Positions 38,555-49,303 of a stretch of DNA of 64,000 bases are shown here, piece by piece. A program made the translations under genes and the position numbers. The notes under the pieces are model-generated. The model ran no database searches. It saw only the letters and a list, made by a program, of their open reading frames with translations, and was not told the origin of the DNA. Origin of the DNA: Candidatus Bathyarchaeia archaeon (GTDB lineage Archaea; Thermoproteota; Bathyarchaeia; Bathyarchaeales; Bathycorpusculaceae); NCBI GenBank assembly GCA_038883775.1, contig JAVZLM010000004.1:64001-128000 (forward strand). Direction: 5' to 3'. Each line of letters begins with the position of its first letter. The stretch's first letter is position 1.

Positions 38555-39400
38555 ATGTTCCTTGTAAGGAAAATGTCCACGGATGATTTGGACTTTGCTG
38601 TCCGTCTCACCGACACTAAAAACTGGGGCTTAACCAAAGAGGATTTTCTCTTCATGATGGAGTTAGAGCCGGATGGCTGTTTTACGTTATTGGAAGGTTC
38701 TGAAAAAGTTGGCATTGTAACCTCAATAAATTATGGAAGAATTGGTTGGTTTGGAAACTTGATAGTGGAGAAAAAACATCGCAGAAAGGGGGCAGCTTCT
38801 CTGTTGGTTAAACAAGTTATTAATTACTTGATGGGGAAAGGAGCAGAAACTGTTGGTTTATACTCCTACATGGATGCTGTAACATTCTACAGAAGATTGG
38901 GTTTCGGAAGTGATGAAGAGTTTACGGTTATAGAAGGAAAAGCCCGAAAATCCGAGAGCGAATCCTTTGACGTCAAAAGAGTGGAAGGTAAGGAGGATTT
39001 AGAAAAGATTATCGAATACGACATTTCATGCCTAAATATTTTGAGAAGAAAATTGCTTGAAGCTATATTTCGTAAACCCGAGAATTTATGCTATTTTTCA
39101 GTAGAAAATGGAGAAATTTGTGGGTATATTATGGCAAAAGTTTATGAGGGTTTTGCTGAAATAGGACCATTAATCTGCAATAGGGAAAGTACAGTTGCAG
39201 CTCTAAACCTTATCGAAGCTGTTTTGAACATGGTTGAAGGTTCCCATGTAACTTTGTGTCTTCCAAAAAAGGAAATATCAATAAGAAACTTTCTTAACGA
39301 AAGGGGATTCAGCGAAAGTTTTGATGTTGTTAGGATGTTTTTTAAGCCGATAAGCATTAAAGATTACATTTACATTGCCGAATCTTTAGAGAGGGGGTGA
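38555..39400 (+). CDS. Tandem GNAT-family N-acetyltransferase
   Basis: LIVEKKHRRKGAAS motif A, FYRRLGF, second GNAT-like domain (EIGPL). Confidence 0.8.
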   Translation: MFLVRKMSTDDLDFAVRLTDTKNWGLTKEDFLFMMELEPDGCFTLLEGSEKVGIVTSINYGRIGWFGNLIVEKKHRRKGAASLLVKQVINYLMGKGAETVGLYSYMDAVTFYRRLGFGSDEEFTVIEGKARKSESESFDVKRVEGKEDLEKIIEYDISCLNILRRKLLEAIFRKPENLCYFSVENGEICGYIMAKVYEGFAEIGPLICNRESTVAALNLIEAVLNMVEGSHVTLCLPKKEISIRNFLNERGFSESFDVVRMFFKPISIKDYIYIAESLERG

Positions 39401-39406
39401 TGCTTA

Positions 39407-40789
39407 TTGGCTAATGTGGATTTGGCAAAATTGCTTGTTACCGATTTTCTTAAAAGTTCATGGAAATGCGTTGAAGTGCTTGTTAATGAGCTTGCAAGTT
39501 TCAGAGAAAGAGAGGATGCGAGTAAGAAGAAAAATGTTAACTTATTCTATTTTAAGAATGGAAAAAGAAATGACGTAACGGTTGAAGGATGGCATTATTT
39601 CATCAGAACTTCTGTTGAGTATTCGAATCCTCAGCTAACGGTTGAAGAAGTTCAAGGAATTATTGCTGCTCGATTATTAGAAGCATGCGCAAACCACTTT
39701 TACTCAGTTGGGCTTCGTGTAGCAAACGATAGAGATGTTGAGGAGATATGCCAAAAATTGAGAAAACCTCCAGAAGGCTTAATCATCCCATTTTTGCTTA
39801 ACACAGATGACATTGAACCCGACAGGTACTCGATGAATCCACTTAAAGAGTCAATAGTTAGCAGTGGACAAAGCGCATTTCCTGTAGCTACTGTGACCAC
39901 GGAAAAGCTTGAGGTAGACCAAAATTTTGTTCAGAAATATGAAGGCGCATTAATATGCAAGAGTGACATTGAACTTATTAAGAGTTATCTTGAGCGATAC
40001 AACTGTTACATGGATATGGTAGATGCGGTGAAGTATGATCTTCTGGAAAAATTTTCAGAAATTTTTGGAATAAACCTTAGCTTGCATGCCTTGCGCATGC
40101 CGCTTACAGTTATGAAAGACGAAACTTCGGATGGGTTGTTACATCACATTATACGGGAAGTGCATAAAGACTATGCCTCAATAGAGACTGTTTATAAGTG
40201 CACAGGTAGAAGCCTCAAAAGTCGAACAACGCTATTGACGATACCTCATTCGCCAAAGGGTTATGGCTCAAAGAGGGCTGCAAAAGGAAAAATATACTTG
40301 GAAAATAATGTGCTGAAGGATGTGAAAGTGGATTATGAGACAACATTGCTTTATCCAAATGCTATTGACCCAGCAGACGTGAGCATTGCGAAAGCTGACG
40401 ACCACTTTAAAGTCAAGGGCGAAAAATTCTTTAATTACAGTTACGCTGAAACGCCCTCCTCTCCACAGTTCTTCTTGTATATGTTGGCTTCGCCTGAGAA
40501 TGCTGCGTTATGGCATGGTATCGGCGCCTTTGGCGCTTCACAACTTGTTAAGAGTTACATTACAGTACGGTTCATGTGCGGTAAGGGTTTGTTAATAAGA
40601 AACCTTGAAACTTATGGCATATCCACAAGAATTCCTTTGCAATTTAATCTCGTGCCAGAACACATGTGGGCGCATCCAATACACCATAACATTGATGCAA
40701 GCATAGGCTGTGTTGAAAATTTGAACTATTTTACACAATTAGGCATGAAGGTGGAAACGCTTCCTGCAGCAAGTTTTATCCGAGAATAG
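39407..40789 (+). CDS. Hypothetical protein, 460 aa, no family recognised
   Basis: Long ORF with a GGTGA SD, tightly spaced between the GNAT and MBL-hydrolase genes. Confidence 0.7.
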   Translation: MANVDLAKLLVTDFLKSSWKCVEVLVNELASFREREDASKKKNVNLFYFKNGKRNDVTVEGWHYFIRTSVEYSNPQLTVEEVQGIIAARLLEACANHFYSVGLRVANDRDVEEICQKLRKPPEGLIIPFLLNTDDIEPDRYSMNPLKESIVSSGQSAFPVATVTTEKLEVDQNFVQKYEGALICKSDIELIKSYLERYNCYMDMVDAVKYDLLEKFSEIFGINLSLHALRMPLTVMKDETSDGLLHHIIREVHKDYASIETVYKCTGRSLKSRTTLLTIPHSPKGYGSKRAAKGKIYLENNVLKDVKVDYETTLLYPNAIDPADVSIAKADDHFKVKGEKFFNYSYAETPSSPQFFLYMLASPENAALWHGIGAFGASQLVKSYITVRFMCGKGLLIRNLETYGISTRIPLQFNLVPEHMWAHPIHHNIDASIGCVENLNYFTQLGMKVETLPAASFIRE

Positions 40790-40804
40790 CGGGGGAGCCT
40801 TAAA

Positions 40805-41416
40805 ATGTTTTTCAAGCAGATAAAACAACACGGCGACAACTTCTCTTATATAATCGCAGACGAAACAACAAAGGAAGCGGCAGTTATCGACCCAAGTTTT
40901 AATGCCAAAATTTTAACAAAACTTCTGAAGGAGAAGAATTTTCACTTAAAATATGTCATTAACACACATGGTCATGGCGACCACACAACAGGAAATGAGG
41001 AAATGAAAAAAGCTTTTGATGCCAAAATAGTTGCCCACAAAATTTCAAGAATAAACAAGGACATAAGCATAGAAGACGGCGACCTCTTAATGATTGGTAA
41101 AATTCCAATAAAAATCATTCACACTCCAGGACACACGCCAGATAGTATATGTCTCCTTGTGAACAATAAACTGCTGCTTACTGGCGATACGCTATTTGTT
41201 GGCGAGTGCGGCAGAACTGATCTGCCGGGTGGAAGCGCCAAAGAAATGTATAACAGTCTTTTTCATAAGTTGATGAAACTTGATGATAACATTGAAGTTT
41301 ATCCAGGACATGATTATGGACCAAAACCACATTCAACCATTGGAATTGAGAAAAGAACAAATTACACCTTAGAAAAGCGCACAATTAAGGAATTTGTAGA
41401 ATTTGTGGAAAGTTAA
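40805..41416 (+). CDS. MBL-fold hydrolase (glyoxalase II / persulfide-dioxygenase-like)
   Basis: THGHGDH, HTPGHT, TGDTLF..CGRTD, YPGHDY. Confidence 0.85.
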   Translation: MFFKQIKQHGDNFSYIIADETTKEAAVIDPSFNAKILTKLLKEKNFHLKYVINTHGHGDHTTGNEEMKKAFDAKIVAHKISRINKDISIEDGDLLMIGKIPIKIIHTPGHTPDSICLLVNNKLLLTGDTLFVGECGRTDLPGGSAKEMYNSLFHKLMKLDDNIEVYPGHDYGPKPHSTIGIEKRTNYTLEKRTIKEFVEFVES

Positions 41417-41455
41417 TAGGGTTCAATGAAGGAAAAATTGGGAGGTTAAGGAACG

Positions 41456-41953
41456 CTATATAGCTTTCAAAGCTTCTTGGAAAAGTTTCTTTGTGGCGGC
41501 AATCCTTGCCTTTTGAGCTAGAACATCACTAGTAACGAGGTCTAAGGCTTCTTCTGGACACCATTTGACACACTGGGGTTCGCCTTTGTCTTTACATAAG
41601 TCACAGACAAAAACAACTTTCCTATCTGGATGTATCATAATTGCTCCATAATCGCAAGCTTCAATGCACCATCCGCAGCCATTGCATTTGTCCTCATCAA
41701 CCATTATTATGCCCGTTTCCTCAGACTGTGTTAAGGCATCTCTTGGACATGCAGCAACACATGGTGGATCTTCGCAGAGTCTGCAAGCAATTGAAACGTT
41801 TACCAGCGGGTTTAACCGCACAACCCTTATTCTTGATTTTAACGGGTTAAAGGCTTTTTCTTTCTCAAAGGAGCAAATGTACTCGCAAACTTGGCATCCA
41901 ACGCATTTGTCTGGATCCGCTGTGACAAATTTTCTTTCATGCACCTTAACCAT
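41456..41953 (-). CDS. 4x[4Fe-4S] electron-transfer subunit of AOR (DmsB/HydN-like)
   Basis: CVGCQVCEYIC, CRLCEDPPCVAACP, CNGCGWCIEAC, CDLC..PQCVKWCP. ATG 41953 behind GGAGG. Confidence 0.85.
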   Translation of the reverse strand: MVKVHERKFVTADPDKCVGCQVCEYICSFEKEKAFNPLKSRIRVVRLNPLVNVSIACRLCEDPPCVAACPRDALTQSEETGIIMVDEDKCNGCGWCIEACDYGAIMIHPDRKVVFVCDLCKDKGEPQCVKWCPEEALDLVTSDVLAQKARIAATKKLFQEALKAI

Positions 41954-41957
41954 TATT

Positions 41958-43826
41958 TTATTCCTCCGTCTTCTTTGTTTTCTCTTCAACTATGTAGATG
42001 AGGTCTTCCATGCCTAGTCCTTTCAGTTTCTCTATTGTGGGTATGCCTTCCCTGTTCCATCCGCGAGCCATGTAATAATCATCCAATAATAAGTCAAGCT
42101 CTTCTTGGCTTACGTAGGCTCCTTTTGATGGTCCCTCATCCGGAATTGGCTGGTGCATAACCTTATAGGGTAATGTGTCATCCTTTCTGCCTAAGCCTTC
42201 TCTGATGTTGAATAATCTGGCAACATTGTTTATTCTCTCGCCACAGCGCCTTATCTCTTCGGGTGAAGTTTCGAATCCAGTAACCAACGAGTAAAGTTTA
42301 GCCAAGTCTTCCGCTTCTTTATAGTATGTTCCCCTTGAGAATTTGCAAATGATTAAGGAGTCAATAATAGTGTACATGTCCTCCATGTCCTTAACCATTC
42401 TTCCTCTGCCTTTCTCAGCTACTAAGCGGTTGACTTTGCCCTTTACGTCGAAAGCGTAGGCTCCATGTCTATTGTGGTCTGCCCCACGGAAGGAAACGGC
42501 AAAGCCTAAGGCAGCTGTTTTTAAGGCTCTTAGGTCGTAACCTGTAACTTCTACTCCCTTGATGTGTTGAGCTAATTTTTCTGCGCCTTTACCTATTTTC
42601 TCTCCTGCAATTTTTACTCCTTCGGCCAGTATGTCGCCTATTCCTTCCCGTTTTCCTATTTTTTCAATTAGTTTAACTAGGGCTTCGTGATTGCCGAAGC
42701 GTGCTTCTATTCCGTTCATGTCTTTTTCAGTTAATATGCCATTTTCGTAACAATCCATGGCGAAACCAACAATTACGCCGGCGCTTATGGAGTCTATACC
42801 GTAATAGTTGCAGAGTTCGCATCCCTTTATTATAGCGTCAAGGCGATCTACTCCACAATATGGTCCCAATGCCCATAATGGTTCATATTCAACCCGAGAC
42901 ATGGCACCTTTGTATGGTCCTTCTGGAACAACAGCAATGTGTTCACATCGCATGGCGCAAGAGCTGCATCCTATGATTTTGGCAACAAATCTTTCATTTA
43001 GGGTTTCCCCGCTGACTCTTTCTGCTGCTTCAAAGCGTGAATTGTTGTAGTTTCTTGTTGGCATACACGAAAGCGCATTGTGAACCAAAACATTTTCCGG
43101 TGTGCCTAAAGTTCTGTATTTTTGTGTGGCTGGGCCTTTCATTCTTTCATGAAATTCCTTAACAAATTCCATAAATTCATCAGGTTTCGCCACGGTAATG
43201 TCATGAGTTCCGCGAACGGCGATTGCCTTAAGATTTTTTGAACCCATAACTGCACCCAGTCCGCATCTGCCAGCAGCCCTTGTCTTTTCGTTAATTATAC
43301 ATGCTATTCTAACGAGTTTTTCTCCTGCAGGTCCTATAGCTGCAACACGAATGTAATAGTCGCCTAACTCTTCTTTTATGGTGTCTTCTGTTTCGGCTGG
43401 TGATTTACCCCACAAGTGTGAGGCATCTAAAATTTGAACTGAATCATCGTCTATCCAAACGTAAACAGGTTTCTCAGCTTTGCCCTTGAAAATCACCGCG
43501 TCATATCCAGCCCTTTTTAGTTCTGTTCCAAAAGACCCGTGGGACTTTGACTCTCCGACTCCATGGCTTTGAGGCGATTTTGAAACAAAGGCATGTCCGT
43601 TTCCGCCAGTTGGCCAGACTGTTCCTGAGATGGGTCCTGTTGTTAGGATTAATGGGTTTTCTGGGCTGAAGGGGTCTACGCCAGCTTTTGAGTAGTCAAG
43701 CCAGAGGCGCATTCCTAAGCCTATGCCGCCAATATATTTTTTTGCGTAATCTTCATTTAATGGTTCAACATGGGTTTTTCCTGTTGTTAGATCTATGTGG
43801 AGTACTCTTCCAGCATATCCGTACAA
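41958..43826 (-). CDS. aor: Tungsten-type aldehyde:ferredoxin oxidoreductase
   Basis: IGPAGE, RAAGRCGLGAVMGSKNLKAI, CSSCAMRC, EYEP, GIDSIS, DSLIICKF. Confidence 0.9.
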   Translation of the reverse strand: MYGYAGRVLHIDLTTGKTHVEPLNEDYAKKYIGGIGLGMRLWLDYSKAGVDPFSPENPLILTTGPISGTVWPTGGNGHAFVSKSPQSHGVGESKSHGSFGTELKRAGYDAVIFKGKAEKPVYVWIDDDSVQILDASHLWGKSPAETEDTIKEELGDYYIRVAAIGPAGEKLVRIACIINEKTRAAGRCGLGAVMGSKNLKAIAVRGTHDITVAKPDEFMEFVKEFHERMKGPATQKYRTLGTPENVLVHNALSCMPTRNYNNSRFEAAERVSGETLNERFVAKIIGCSSCAMRCEHIAVVPEGPYKGAMSRVEYEPLWALGPYCGVDRLDAIIKGCELCNYYGIDSISAGVIVGFAMDCYENGILTEKDMNGIEARFGNHEALVKLIEKIGKREGIGDILAEGVKIAGEKIGKGAEKLAQHIKGVEVTGYDLRALKTAALGFAVSFRGADHNRHGAYAFDVKGKVNRLVAEKGRGRMVKDMEDMYTIIDSLIICKFSRGTYYKEAEDLAKLYSLVTGFETSPEEIRRCGERINNVARLFNIREGLGRKDDTLPYKVMHQPIPDEGPSKGAYVSQEELDLLLDDYYMARGWNREGIPTIEKLKGLGMEDLIYIVEEKTKKTEE

Positions 43827-43902
43827 GATTTTTCCTCCAAGCTTAGCTTAAGAAAAGTATAAGGTGTAAAGCTGGTTATATTAATTTAATGGTTCGCTTC
43901 GC

Positions 43903-45468
43903 TTAAACCGCTTCTTTCAAGAGTTCTAATATATCTTTCACCACAATCTTACCTTCTACATCCAAAACCTTCACAGCATCCTCCAACGTTGTCACACAAA
44001 ATGGGCAAGCGGTTGCTATAACTTCAACGCCCAAGGCTAAGGCTTCTTTAAGCCGCTCCACACCGGGTCTCTTTTCTGGAACCGCCTCCTCAGTCCAAAC
44101 TCTTCCAGCACCTCCACCGCAGCAGAAGCTGTTTTGTCTTATCCTTTTCATTTCTACAAGTTCTAAGCTATTTATGGACTGTAGAATTTGTCTGGGGGCA
44201 TCGTAAATGTTGTTTCGTTTTCCAAGGAAGCATGGGTCATGGTATGTCACTTTTTTCTTTATTGTTTTAGTAGGTTTTAGTTTACCCTTGTTTATGGCTT
44301 CAACTAAAAACTCGGTGTAATGTTGAACGTTAAGTCCCGCATCCTTGTAGGGCTGGTCATTTTTGAAACTATTATAGCAGTGGGGCGACAAAACCACAAT
44401 TCTTTCAGCATTAAACTTCTTTAAAAAGTCAATATTATGTACTGCTAGTTCTTCGAAAAGCCCTTTTTCGCCTAATCTGAGGATGTGGTCTCCGCAGCAC
44501 CACTCCTCAGCGCCCAATGTTGCATAGTTAATGTCCATTTTATCCATTAGCGACGCCATAGATTTAGCCATCTCTTGATTTCGCATATCATAAGCAGCGG
44601 AACAACAAACGAAATATAAAATGTCAGCCTTTGCCACTTCTGGAAAAGTTTTAACGTTTAAGCCCTTAGCCCATTCCATTCTTTTGCTTTGATGGGTTCC
44701 CATGGGGTTATGATATTTGATTACGCTTTCCAAAACATCCTTAACGGTTCTGGGTATGACTCCGGATTCTACGAGGAGGCTGCGGTTGTCAACTATGGCA
44801 TTGGAGCAGTTAACCAGTTTTGGACAGAACATTGTGCATGAATTGCATGAGGTGCAAAGCCAAACGTTGTCTGCCATGGGTTTTAACCTTTCATCTAAAC
44901 CTTCATCCCTAGAGTCAGCTATAAAGCGGTAGTTAGCAGTTAATGTTGATGGACCAAGGAATTTTTGGTCGATGGCTGCTGGACAAGCGGAATAACAAAT
45001 GGAACATTTGGTGCAAAGCGTCAAGTCCCAATACTTTTTCAAGTCCAATTGACTTTGCACGAATTCCACAAGCTTGTTAAGCTCCGCCTCGGGCTTTATC
45101 AAAAATTTCTTAATTTTCTTGAAAGTGTCAAAGAAGGGTTCAATGTCAACAATTAAATCTTTTATAACTGGCAGGTTCGATAAAGGCGCCAATTCAAGCG
45201 TGTCAACGCCAAGGTCGAGAACCTGCGTATAACATGCTAGCATTGGTTGCCCATTAACGTTGATTCCGCAGCTTCCACAAATACCCATCCTACAAGAATG
45301 TCTGAAGGAGAGCGTTTCATCAATATTGTCTCTGATGTATTGGAGGGCCTCAAGGATGCTTGTTCCCTTGCGAATGGGGACCTTATATGTGGATACGTAA
45401 TGCTTTTTAGTTTGAGGGTCAAAGCGATTTATCCTAAACTCAACAATTTTCTCCACTTTAGAGCTCAT
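43903..45468 (-). CDS. tfrB: Fumarate reductase/succinate dehydrogenase Fe-S subunit fused to CCG domains (TfrB-like)
   Basis: SCRMGICGSC..LAC [2Fe-2S], CTKCSICYSACP, CTSCNSCTMFCP, then WCCG and YHDPC..CCGGG..ACPFC. Confidence 0.8.
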   Translation of the reverse strand: MSSKVEKIVEFRINRFDPQTKKHYVSTYKVPIRKGTSILEALQYIRDNIDETLSFRHSCRMGICGSCGINVNGQPMLACYTQVLDLGVDTLELAPLSNLPVIKDLIVDIEPFFDTFKKIKKFLIKPEAELNKLVEFVQSQLDLKKYWDLTLCTKCSICYSACPAAIDQKFLGPSTLTANYRFIADSRDEGLDERLKPMADNVWLCTSCNSCTMFCPKLVNCSNAIVDNRSLLVESGVIPRTVKDVLESVIKYHNPMGTHQSKRMEWAKGLNVKTFPEVAKADILYFVCCSAAYDMRNQEMAKSMASLMDKMDINYATLGAEEWCCGDHILRLGEKGLFEELAVHNIDFLKKFNAERIVVLSPHCYNSFKNDQPYKDAGLNVQHYTEFLVEAINKGKLKPTKTIKKKVTYHDPCFLGKRNNIYDAPRQILQSINSLELVEMKRIRQNSFCCGGGAGRVWTEEAVPEKRPGVERLKEALALGVEVIATACPFCVTTLEDAVKVLDVEGKIVVKDILELLKEAV

Positions 45469-45481
45469 ACACGCACCACCT

Positions 45482-47182
45482 CTAATAGGTTCTCGCTGCT
45501 GGCTGCCACTTAGTTATCGTGACAGGAATATACTCCAGCCTTGGTCCTTCCTTCGTATAATACGCCAACGTATGTTTTAACCAGTTTACATCATCACGTT
45601 TTGGATAATCAATTCTCGAGTGAGCTCCTCTGGATTCGATTCTGGCAAGCGCACTTACTATGGTTACTTCTGCAAGTTCCAACATGAAATCAAGCTGCAA
45701 GGCATCCACCAAACCAGTGTTGAATGGTCCACCTTTATCCTGAACCTTTATATGCTTGAACCTCTCCTTAAGGGTTCTTACTTCTTTTAAGGCGCTTTCC
45801 AGTTGGTCGCCTCTTCTGAATATCCAAACCTTCTCGTTCATAATGTGCCGCATCTCATCCCTAATAACTGGAACTCTTTCGCTGCCTTCGCTGCCCAAAA
45901 TTCCATCAAAAACCCTTTTTTCCTCCGCCAAAAGTTTCTCTTGTGATATTTCTTTTAGACTATTTGATAAGGCATGTTTAGCCGCTTCTTCTCCAGCCAC
46001 CGCTCCAAAAACAAGACATTCCGCTGTTGAGTTTGTTCCAAGCCTATTGGCTCCGTGAAGGCTTAGGCATGAGCACTCGCCAGCAGCATACAAGCCAGCA
46101 ATTGGCGTTTCAGTTTTTATATTAGCCCTTATCCCTCCCATGGAATAGTGGGCTGCAGGTCTTATTGGAATGGGCTCTTTAACAGGGTCAACTCCGCCAA
46201 GTTTTATGGCAACTTCCCGAATAAGCGGCAACCTCTCGTTTATTTTTTCCTCACCCAAATGCCTCAAGTCTAAAGCTATATAAGGTCCATAAGGGCCTTC
46301 TAATCCGCGGCCTTCGTTAATTTCTGTTTGTTCAGCCCTTGAAACCACATCTCGGGGAGCCAGCTCCATTTTTTCTGGAGCATAATTTTTCATGAAACGT
46401 TCGCCTTTTGCGTTAATTAGGTATCCGCCTTCGCCTCTGGCTCCCTCAGTTATCAGCGCACCAGATGGAACCAAACCCGTCGGATGGAATTGGACAAATT
46501 CCATATCCATCAATGGAGCTCCAGCACGGTAAGCCATAGCCATTCCATCACCGGTGGTTGTGTAGGAGAATGTTGTAAACTCATATATGCGCTCGTGTCC
46601 TCCAGTTGCGATAACTATGGCTTTAGCTTGAAAGGCATGCATTTCTCCAGTTTTCAGTTCTATGGCTGTTAAGCCAGTTGCTGTATTATTTTCAACTGTT
46701 AGGGATGTGGCGAACCATTCATCATAAAATTTAATGTTACTGTATGAGGTGGCTTTTCCGTAAAGCGTGTGCATTTCATGAAAGCCAGTCATATCAGCTG
46801 CAAAACAAGCTCTAGGATATGTGTGACCTCCAAATGGGCGTTGGTCTATTTTCCCATCTGATGTGCGGCTCCAAGGCAATCCCCAATGTTCTGTTAAAAC
46901 TATTTCTTTAGGCGCTTGTCTTACAAAAAATTCCACAACATCTTGGTCTGCTAAATAATCAGCTCCTTTAATTGTGTCGAAAGCATGTAAGTCATAGGAA
47001 TCCTTTTCTCGCATTACTGCCGCCGTGCCGCCTTGAGCGCAAACAGAATGGGAGCGTAAAGGATGAAGTTTGGATATTACTGCAATGTCAAGCTTATTGC
47101 TTACTTCAGCCGCTGCAATGGAAGCCCTTAGACCAGCCAAGCCAGCTCCAACAATGATTATGTCGTGGGCATAATTCTCCAT
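45482..47182 (-). CDS. tfrA: Fumarate reductase/succinate dehydrogenase flavoprotein (TfrA-like)
   Basis: [50 protein letters not shown]. No membrane-anchor gene adjacent. Confidence 0.88.
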   Translation of the reverse strand: MENYAHDIIIVGAGLAGLRASIAAAEVSNKLDIAVISKLHPLRSHSVCAQGGTAAVMREKDSYDLHAFDTIKGADYLADQDVVEFFVRQAPKEIVLTEHWGLPWSRTSDGKIDQRPFGGHTYPRACFAADMTGFHEMHTLYGKATSYSNIKFYDEWFATSLTVENNTATGLTAIELKTGEMHAFQAKAIVIATGGHERIYEFTTFSYTTTGDGMAMAYRAGAPLMDMEFVQFHPTGLVPSGALITEGARGEGGYLINAKGERFMKNYAPEKMELAPRDVVSRAEQTEINEGRGLEGPYGPYIALDLRHLGEEKINERLPLIREVAIKLGGVDPVKEPIPIRPAAHYSMGGIRANIKTETPIAGLYAAGECSCLSLHGANRLGTNSTAECLVFGAVAGEEAAKHALSNSLKEISQEKLLAEEKRVFDGILGSEGSERVPVIRDEMRHIMNEKVWIFRRGDQLESALKEVRTLKERFKHIKVQDKGGPFNTGLVDALQLDFMLELAEVTIVSALARIESRGAHSRIDYPKRDDVNWLKHTLAYYTKEGPRLEYIPVTITKWQPAARTY

Positions 47183-47304
47183 TATTGTTCACCATTTAAG
47201 AGACTACGTAAATTTTGCAATCCAGCCTTTATATTTTTCTGGTTTTGTACGAAAATCTTATTTTAAAGTGAAATTAAGTGCTGGTAAACTAAAACGCGCA
47301 ATCC

Positions 47305-49227
47305 TTGGGGAGACTTAAAATGGTGCAAAAAGTGCCTAAAATAGAAATTTCGCAGAAATTGAAACTAATGCTTCAGAGGGCTTTGGAAAATCCCGAAAAC
47401 TTCTGGGGCGGAATAGCTGGGGAGTTGCATTGGTTTAAGAGGTGGGATAAGGTTTTCGAATGGAACTATCCAAACTTCACTTGGTTTAAGGGTGGAATAA
47501 CAAATCTCTCTTACAACTGCACAGAACATCATGTAGAAAATGGAAGGGGTAATCGTACTGCAATAGTATGGGAGAACGGTGAAGGATTACCTTCCCGCAA
47601 ACTAACCTACCAGCAACTTCTGGACGAAGTTAAAAAGTTCGCTGCTGGGTTGAAAGCATTAGGAGTTGAAAAAGGCGATAGAGTAACAATATACATGCCG
47701 ATGATTCCAGAAGCAGCAGTCGCCATGTTAGCAACCACAAGAATTGGAGCAATCCACTCAGTCGTCTTTGGAGGCTTCGGCTATGGCGCTTTAGCAGATA
47801 GAATCGCTGATGCAGAGCCAAAAGTTATTGTCACGGCTGATGTTGGTTTCAGACGTGGAGAAACAATTAACTTAAAGACCGTTGTGGACGAAGCTCTGAA
47901 AACTTGTGGAAAAAGTGTGAAAAAGGTCATTGTCTTGAAACGAGGTGAGCATGATCCACCAGTGACCTTGGGAAGGGATATGCTTTGGGAAGAAGTCATC
48001 GAAAAAGGGAAAGACATAAATGCTGAAGCTAAAAAGATGCGAGCAGATGAGTTGGCTTTTATCCTTTACACTTCTGGAACCATGGCTAAGCCTAAAGGCA
48101 CAGTTCAACCCCACGGAAGCTATCAGGTTTACATTTACGCCATGGGCAAGTGGGTTTACGACTTAAATGAGAATGATGTTTGGTGGTCGACCTCTGACAT
48201 AGGTTGGATTGTGGGGCACAGCTATGTTGTTTATGCGCCATTACTTTTTGGCTGCACAACAATAATGTATGAAGGAGTTCCAGACTATCCCACACCAGAC
48301 GTTTGGTGGCAAATAATCGAAAAGAATCATGTTACAAAACTTTGGATATCACCCACAGGCGTACGCACTTTAATGAAATATGGTGATGAATGGCCCAAAA
48401 AACATGATTTAAGCTCCGTCAAACTCGTAGTTTGCGCAGGGGAAGTTCTAAACCCGCCAGCTTGGGAATGGCTTCAAAAGAAAGTCTTTCAGGACAAGGT
48501 TCCAGTCATTGACCACATGTGGCAAACCGAAAGCAGCGGTCCAATGGTTGGCAACCCTTACGGCATTGAGCTACTACCTACAAAACCCGGCTCCGCAACC
48601 ATTCCGCTTCCAGGAATTGACGCCGAAATAGTTGACGAAAACGGAAAACCAGTCCCTCCCGGTGTTGAGGGAATATTTGTATGCAAAAAGCCCTTTCCAG
48701 GTTTGACGCCTACTCTTTGGCGGGATCATGAACGTTATGTAAATGATTACTGGAATAGGATTCCAGGCGTTTATTATACCGGCGACGCAGCAATTAAAGA
48801 TGAGGATGGTTACATCTGGTTTTTGGGAAGGGTGGATGAAGTTATCAAGATTTCAGGGCATAGAATTGGCACAATTGAAATTGAAAGCGCTCTGCTTGGG
48901 CATCCCGCTGTTGCTGAGGCAGCGGTTGTGGGGCGCCCAGATCCTTTAAGAGGCGAAACCGCCTGTGCATTTATTGTTTTAAGGCATGGATATGAGCCGA
49001 ACAGTTTATTAAAGGATGCTTTGCGAAAGTTGGTTAAGGAAACTTTGGGACCAATAGTAATTGTTAGCGACATATTCTTTGTGGCTAGGCTTCCTAAAAC
49101 AAGAAGTGGTAAGATAATGCGGCGTCTTATTGGAGCATTAATAGCGGGCAAACCTTTAGGAGATTATTCAACGATCGAAGATGAAACAGCTATAGAAGAG
49201 ATTAAAAAAGTCATAAGCCAGCATTAA
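47305..49227 (+). CDS. acs: AMP-forming acetyl/propionyl-CoA synthetase
   Basis: HSVVFGGF, YTSGTMAKPKG, SDIGWIVGHSY, AGE, WQTE, GHRIG, LPKTRSGKIMRR. ATG 47320 is an alternative start. Confidence 0.9.
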   Translation: MGRLKMVQKVPKIEISQKLKLMLQRALENPENFWGGIAGELHWFKRWDKVFEWNYPNFTWFKGGITNLSYNCTEHHVENGRGNRTAIVWENGEGLPSRKLTYQQLLDEVKKFAAGLKALGVEKGDRVTIYMPMIPEAAVAMLATTRIGAIHSVVFGGFGYGALADRIADAEPKVIVTADVGFRRGETINLKTVVDEALKTCGKSVKKVIVLKRGEHDPPVTLGRDMLWEEVIEKGKDINAEAKKMRADELAFILYTSGTMAKPKGTVQPHGSYQVYIYAMGKWVYDLNENDVWWSTSDIGWIVGHSYVVYAPLLFGCTTIMYEGVPDYPTPDVWWQIIEKNHVTKLWISPTGVRTLMKYGDEWPKKHDLSSVKLVVCAGEVLNPPAWEWLQKKVFQDKVPVIDHMWQTESSGPMVGNPYGIELLPTKPGSATIPLPGIDAEIVDENGKPVPPGVEGIFVCKKPFPGLTPTLWRDHERYVNDYWNRIPGVYYTGDAAIKDEDGYIWFLGRVDEVIKISGHRIGTIEIESALLGHPAVAEAAVVGRPDPLRGETACAFIVLRHGYEPNSLLKDALRKLVKETLGPIVIVSDIFFVARLPKTRSGKIMRRLIGALIAGKPLGDYSTIEDETAIEEIKKVISQH

Positions 49228-49303
49228 AATATGCCTCATTTTTGGTAAACGCTTTATAATGTGTTTAACATGACATTTAAAAATCTATGAGAGGTGAAAA
49301 ACG

